A DNA stretch of 64,000 bases from Candidatus Pacearchaeota archaeon (GTDB lineage: Archaea > Nanobdellota > Nanobdellia > Pacearchaeales > GW2011-AR1): contig JBEKXS010000001.1 of NCBI GenBank assembly GCA_049511795.1, positions 129,497-193,496 on the forward strand, in the 5' to 3' direction. Position 1 is the first letter of the stretch, and each line of letters opens with the position of its first letter. The notes under the pieces are model-generated. The model made no database searches, was not told the origin of the DNA, and was given only the letters and a program-made list of their open reading frames with translations. Shown one piece after another: positions 57,039 through 64,000 of this stretch. The position numbers and the translations under genes were made by a program.

Positions 57039-57272
57039 TTATTTCTTCTTCTCTGGTATTTCATTCTTTGTTCCGCATTCGTGACAGAACTTCTGTCTTT
57101 CATCAAGAGTTGTGCCGCATGTTTTGCATTTTAGCGTTATTGGTCTTAATTCCTTTGTTGTCGGGCTTTTGTAACCTGGCCTTCCGGAAACAACTTTCGA
57201 GAAAATATTCATAAATTGGTCTGAACGCTGCAAGTCATCCTGTATCTTCTGCCTGTCGTAAATTTCTCCCAT
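57039..57272 (-). CDS. zinc-ribbon protein (77 aa)
   Basis: CKTCG...CHECG double CxxC. Confidence 0.4.
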   Translation of the reverse strand: MGEIYDRQKIQDDLQRSDQFMNIFSKVVSGRPGYKSPTTKELRPITLKCKTCGTTLDERQKFCHECGTKNEIPEKKK

Positions 57273-57364
57273 TGGAAAGACAGAAGAAAATATTATTTAA
57301 AAATATTTTGTAGTATATTTTTCAGTATAAAAATAATTAAAAAGAAAGGATTTTTTCGGGAACT

Positions 57365-57691
57365 ATGGATGAAGCATCAGCAGATATCATAAGCGACGGA
57401 AGAAAATTTGTGCTTGATCAATTGGGACTGGGGGAAGAACAGCTAAGGTTAATTGGAAAATTAGTCTGGCTAAAAACAGATGAAAAAGTAGATTTTATGC
57501 ATTATCATCCAAATCAGCGACAGTTTTATGTAAAATTTAAAGAATTTATTTCTATTCAGGATCTTGAAAGATTATTAGATAGATATGAAGTTCCAAAAAA
57601 ACATTCTAGAGCTACTTCTGCAGAAGCATTGTTAAAACCATTTGGACCAGATGGTATTGAAGTTTTATTTGCACCGGTAAAATATTCCTAA
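57365..57691 (+). CDS. hypothetical protein (108 aa)
   Basis: ORF, no motif. Confidence 0.3.
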   Translation: MDEASADIISDGRKFVLDQLGLGEEQLRLIGKLVWLKTDEKVDFMHYHPNQRQFYVKFKEFISIQDLERLLDRYEVPKKHSRATSAEALLKPFGPDGIEVLFAPVKYS

Positions 57692-58041
57692 ACCTAATTT
57701 ACTCATTTCTCCTCGAAACATTTATAAATGAAAAAAGTTGTAAATTCTTGTTAACTAAGATGAGTGCCTTAAAAATGTGCATACTAACGCTTACATTTCA
57801 GTTTGAGTCAGCCTGCATTAAGGTATGAAGTATGTAGAAGCAGTCATTTAGTTGTAATTTCTTTATAGATTCATTAAATTTGAGACAAGCCAATAGTAAG
57901 GATGCGTTTATCGACGGTAAATCAAAATAACTTTCGAGTGAACGCGAATGTGTGAAGTGTTCGTTTCTTACCAAATAAAATAATAACGAACGCGTAATAG
58001 ATTTTTTGTTGTTTATCAATAAAAAAATATGATATTATTAA

Positions 58042-59485
58042 ATCCAGTTGATCCTGCTGGCGGCTGCGGCTCTCTGGTTTGCACTTAGACATGCAAGTTA
58101 TTTCACTTAGCAATAGGTGGAAAGCGAACTGCTCAGTAACACGTAGCTAACCTGCCCTTAAGTCGATGATAACCTCGGGAAACTGAGACTAAAAATCGAT
58201 AGAAGACATACCCTGGAAAGATTTGTCTTTGAAATTAGTGCTTAAGGATGGGGCTGCGGCGGATTAGGTAGTTGGCGGGGTAATAGCCCACCAAGCCTTT
58301 GATCCGTAAGGGCTCTTAGCGGAGAGGCCCTGAGAGGGAATCTGAGACACTATTCCCAGCCCTACGGGGTGCAGCAGTTAGGAATCATTTGCAATGCGCG
58401 AAAGCGTGACAATTTGAACCAGAGTGCTTTTCATTTGAAAAGCTTTTGCCAAATGTAAAAAGTTTGGCGAATAAGGACTGGGTAAGACGGGTGCCAGCCG
58501 CCGCGGTAATACCCGCGGTCCAAGTCGCAGCCATCTTTATTGGGTCTAAAACATCCGTAGCTTGCCTGATAAGTTCCTTGTGAAATCTTATCTCTTAAGG
58601 ATAAGGCGTGCAAGGAGTACTGCCAGGCTAGAGACCGGAAGACGTAGGAAGTACGTTCGAAGTAGCGGTAAAATGCGTTAATCTCGAGCGGACTCACAAC
58701 AGCGAAGGCATCCTACGAGGACGGTTCTGACTGTAAGGGATGAAGGCTAGGGGCGCAAAGTGGATTAGATACCCATGTAGTCCTAGCAGTAAACACTGCA
58801 CACTAAACATTAGTACCTCCTCGAGAGGTATTGGTGCTGTAGAGAAGTCGAAGAGTGTGCTACCTGGGAAGTATAGCCGCAAGGCCGAAACTTAAAGGAA
58901 TTGGCGGGGAGACACTACAACGGGTGACGCGTGCGGTTCAATTAGATTCTACACCGTGAACCTCACCAGGACCGACAGCAGAATGAAGGTCAGTCTAAAG
59001 GGCTTACCTGACACGCTGAGAGGAGTTGCATGGCCGACGTCAGCCTGTGTCGTGAGATGACCTGTTAAATCAGGTAACAGGCAAGACCCACATGTATATT
59101 TACTATGCGTACAATATACAGATCGCCTTGGTAACATGGATGAAAGTGTGGGCTACGTTAGGTGAGTACAGCCTGAATGCCCTGGGCGACACGCGCGCGT
59201 CAATGGTGGACACAGTGGGATGCAACTCCGAAAGGAGAAGCTAACCTCATAAAATCCATCTCAGTCCAGATTGAGGCTTGCAATTCAGCCTCATGACGCT
59301 GGAATCCGTAGTAATCGTTCGTTAGCAGCAAACGGTGAATACGTCACTGTCTCTTGCACACACTGCCCGTCAAACCAACCAAGTTATGCTATGGTGAAAC
59401 GATTTTTCGGAGAACCTTAGTATGGTGAGGTAGGTTAAGTCGTCACAAGGTATCTGTAGGGGAACCTGCAGATGGATCACCTCCT
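58042..59485 (+). rRNA. rrs: 16S ribosomal RNA (archaeal)
   Basis: 5' ATCCAGTTGATCCTGCTGG. CTCAGTAACACGT, GTGCCAGCCGCCGCGGTAATACC (archaeal ..TACC). 3' GGATCACCTCCT. About 1444 nt. Confidence 0.9.
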
Positions 59486-59629
59486 AAATATTTTTGTAAA
59501 AAAATATTTAACAAAACAAAGGCGGTTTCAAAGCAAGAAAATATATTTAATTTACAGCGAGATTCTTCTACATACACTCATCTAGTTTCGGAAAAGTTTT
59601 AAAAAACTACTTCGGCTCATGAAGTGCAA

Positions 59630-59702
59630 GGGCCTGTAGTCCAATGGTTAGAATACCTCGTTTGCACCGAGGAGTTCCGGGTTCGATTCCCGGCAGGTCC
59701 AT
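59630..59702 (+). tRNA. tRNA-Ala (anticodon TGC) in the 16S-23S spacer
   Basis: Acceptor GGGCCTG/CAGGTCC with the G3:U70 wobble (Ala identity element). Anticodon stem CCTCG/CGAGG with loop TTTGCAC. T-loop TTCGATT. Confidence 0.85.
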
Positions 59703-59791
59703 TCGATTAATTCGAACTGCTTTCTGAAACAGATTAGTTAACAAAAACAAAACATGAATTCCAATAAAAAAATTGGAAGGATAGAAACAAA

Positions 59792-59998
59792 ATGGGACTA
59801 ATAGATAAATTACTTGGAAGAGAAGGAAAGGCAAAAGTAGTAATTGTAACAAGTAAAGGACGAGATGTTAGATATGTTGACATGTCTAGATATGGAAGTA
59901 GTTACCAATTACTTAAAGCTGAAATAGAAAGCAATCCTGATTCGAGAAAAATAAGTGTAAGATACCAAGGACAAACATTAGAAGTAGATTCCCATTAA
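59792..59998 (+). CDS. possible 68-aa protein encoded inside the rRNA spacer between tRNA-Ala and the 23S
   Basis: Non-repetitive ORF (MGLIDKLLGREGKAKVVIVTSKGRDVRYVDMSRYGSSYQLLKAEIESNPDSRKISVRYQGQTLEVDSH) with a purine-rich stretch (GGAAGGATAGAAAC) before the ATG. Codon usage matches the genome. No homology evidence. Confidence 0.3.
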   Translation: MGLIDKLLGREGKAKVVIVTSKGRDVRYVDMSRYGSSYQLLKAEIESNPDSRKISVRYQGQTLEVDSH

Positions 59999-60127
59999 TC
60001 ACGAATCATATTCACTTTATGTGAAATGTGGTGAGCGACGAAAATCGCTTATCATTTTGAGTCATATTGACGATGAAATAAGCAAGAAAGGTTTTCCTGA
60101 TTTGATTTAGAAGGAAAGAAAGAAATG

Positions 60128-62943
<2,816 letters not shown>

Positions 62944-63045
62944 AATTGATTTTTTATTATGTAAATAAAATTGCAATCTTAAGAAGTCAATACAATTTTA
63001 TGTCCAAAACAATTTCATTTCCCGATTTATTGATTCAGGTTTCAC

Positions 63046-63149
63046 CTTTCTTGCTTATTGAGGATTTTATGATTTTTTTTCTAGAAAAAGTTCTTATAAT
63101 GTATATTGTGCGAAGCTTTCTTGCTTATTGAGCTTTTATGATTTTTTTG
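63046..63149 (+). repeat. two copies of an about 34-bp imperfect direct repeat (CTTTCTTGCTTATTGAG[GA/CT]TTTTATGATTTTTTT) 70 bp apart, downstream of the 23S
   Basis: Copies at 63046-63080 and 63116-63149. Each ends in a T-run, which is terminator-like in archaea. Confidence 0.6.
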
Positions 63150-63165
63150 GTTTCTTGTTAGAATT

Positions 63166-63984
63166 TTAAGAGAGTATACTTTCTCCTAATCTCTTTTTTG
63201 ATAATTCATTTATTAGATTTTTCAGAGAATTATAAAAATTCATTGTTAGAAAATAATAATTCTGATAAAATTCAATTATCTCTCCAGAGTATATCTCTTG
63301 GTTTAAGAAATCTAAATCTCTATAGTTTGTTTTAATTCTATACCAATAAAAAAATTCAAAAAGACTAATTTCACTGTTTTTAAAAAATCCTTCTTTCTTT
63401 TTTCTATCTATTTTTGTTTGAAAATGTTTTAATCCAGTGTATCTGCAGAAATCCTCAAATTTATATTTACACAGTTTTTTTAAAATACTATTAATGCGTG
63501 TTTGTTCATCAACAGATAATCTTAGTGTATCTCCTGATTTTGATATAAAATTGATTGCCTCTTCGCAACTTTCAACCATGTTAAAGCCAGCTTTACTAAA
63601 TAAGATGTCCTTATTTTTTAACATATTTCTAAAATTACTTATAGTTTTATGATGTGGAAAGTTAAGATTATTTTCATCGTTATTAAATAAAGCGCATGTA
63701 ACCAATAACAAATTAAAAATTAGATAATATGATTTAACTGGAATCCACATTGAACAAACTTTTGCGAAGTCTTTTTCTTTTAAGGCTTTTTTATACTCTT
63801 CTTCTAAACTTTCCTTAATAATTTTAATTAGATTAATTTTCTTAGCCAATGCCTTTTTAGAAAAATTAGATTTTGTAACAATATCTTTATTTAATTTAGC
63901 TGTTAGCTCTTCAGATAAATCTTTCATAAATGTAACATAATTTAGATGTGTTCTAAAATCTGGGGGTGTTGAAGGAGAAACCAC
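63166..63984 (-). CDS. hypothetical protein (272 aa); may continue past the window edge
   Basis: ORF convergent with the rRNA operon. Aromatic/Asn-rich. No assignable motif. Confidence 0.4.
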   Translation of the reverse strand: MVSPSTPPDFRTHLNYVTFMKDLSEELTAKLNKDIVTKSNFSKKALAKKINLIKIIKESLEEEYKKALKEKDFAKVCSMWIPVKSYYLIFNLLLVTCALFNNDENNLNFPHHKTISNFRNMLKNKDILFSKAGFNMVESCEEAINFISKSGDTLRLSVDEQTRINSILKKLCKYKFEDFCRYTGLKHFQTKIDRKKKEGFFKNSEISLFEFFYWYRIKTNYRDLDFLNQEIYSGEIIEFYQNYYFLTMNFYNSLKNLINELSKKRLGESILS

Positions 63985-64000
63985 TAAAGTCCAACCATCT

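Noticed and set aside
62944-63165. 5S rRNA downstream of the 23S
   Set aside because: The region is AT-rich and repetitive. It lacks the conserved 5S loop-C/helix motifs (e.g. CCGAAC..GAAGTTAAGC).

Overview
AT-rich archaeal chromosome segment, probably from a small-genome (DPANN-like) archaeon. The assignment rests on an archaeal-type 16S/23S operon with tRNA-Ala in the spacer, the exosome/proteasome superoperon, aCPSF1, archaeal CCA-adding enzyme, DtdA, diphthine synthase, RpoK and Rad50/Mre11. The window holds about 75 genes. Housekeeping content: an SMC-like ATPase, RNase HII, three tRNAs, IleRS, ArgS, a candidate SRP RNA, RtcB, an archaeal presenilin homologue, proteasome alpha and beta subunits, Rad50-Mre11, RNase J, the Pop5-PsmA-SBDS-Rrp4-Rrp41-Rrp42-RpoK-enolase-S2 cluster, and a 16S-tRNAAla-23S operon with no 5S. 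Accessory content, in order of how much it stands out: (i) an ~8.6 kb archaeal type IV pilus locus with seven pilin-like genes (class III signal peptides), a FlaI/PilB-family ATPase and a membrane platform split into two genes, followed by an island of large cysteine-rich, sequon-rich surface proteins, one with a PKD domain; (ii) a standalone GGDEF (GGEEF) diguanylate-cyclase-like gene, unusual for an archaeon; (iii) an SMC-type head protein whose coiled coil carries a Rad50-type CPVC zinc hook instead of a hinge; (iv) a tight six-gene minus-strand operon with two paralogous FHA-only proteins, a TrmB regulator and three unknowns; (v) a GTPase / DUF / zinc-ribbon triad; (vi) an ORF inside the rRNA spacer. 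No CRISPR array, transposase or integrase was seen. All calls come from reading the six-frame translations and the nucleotide sequence by eye. No database searches were run.
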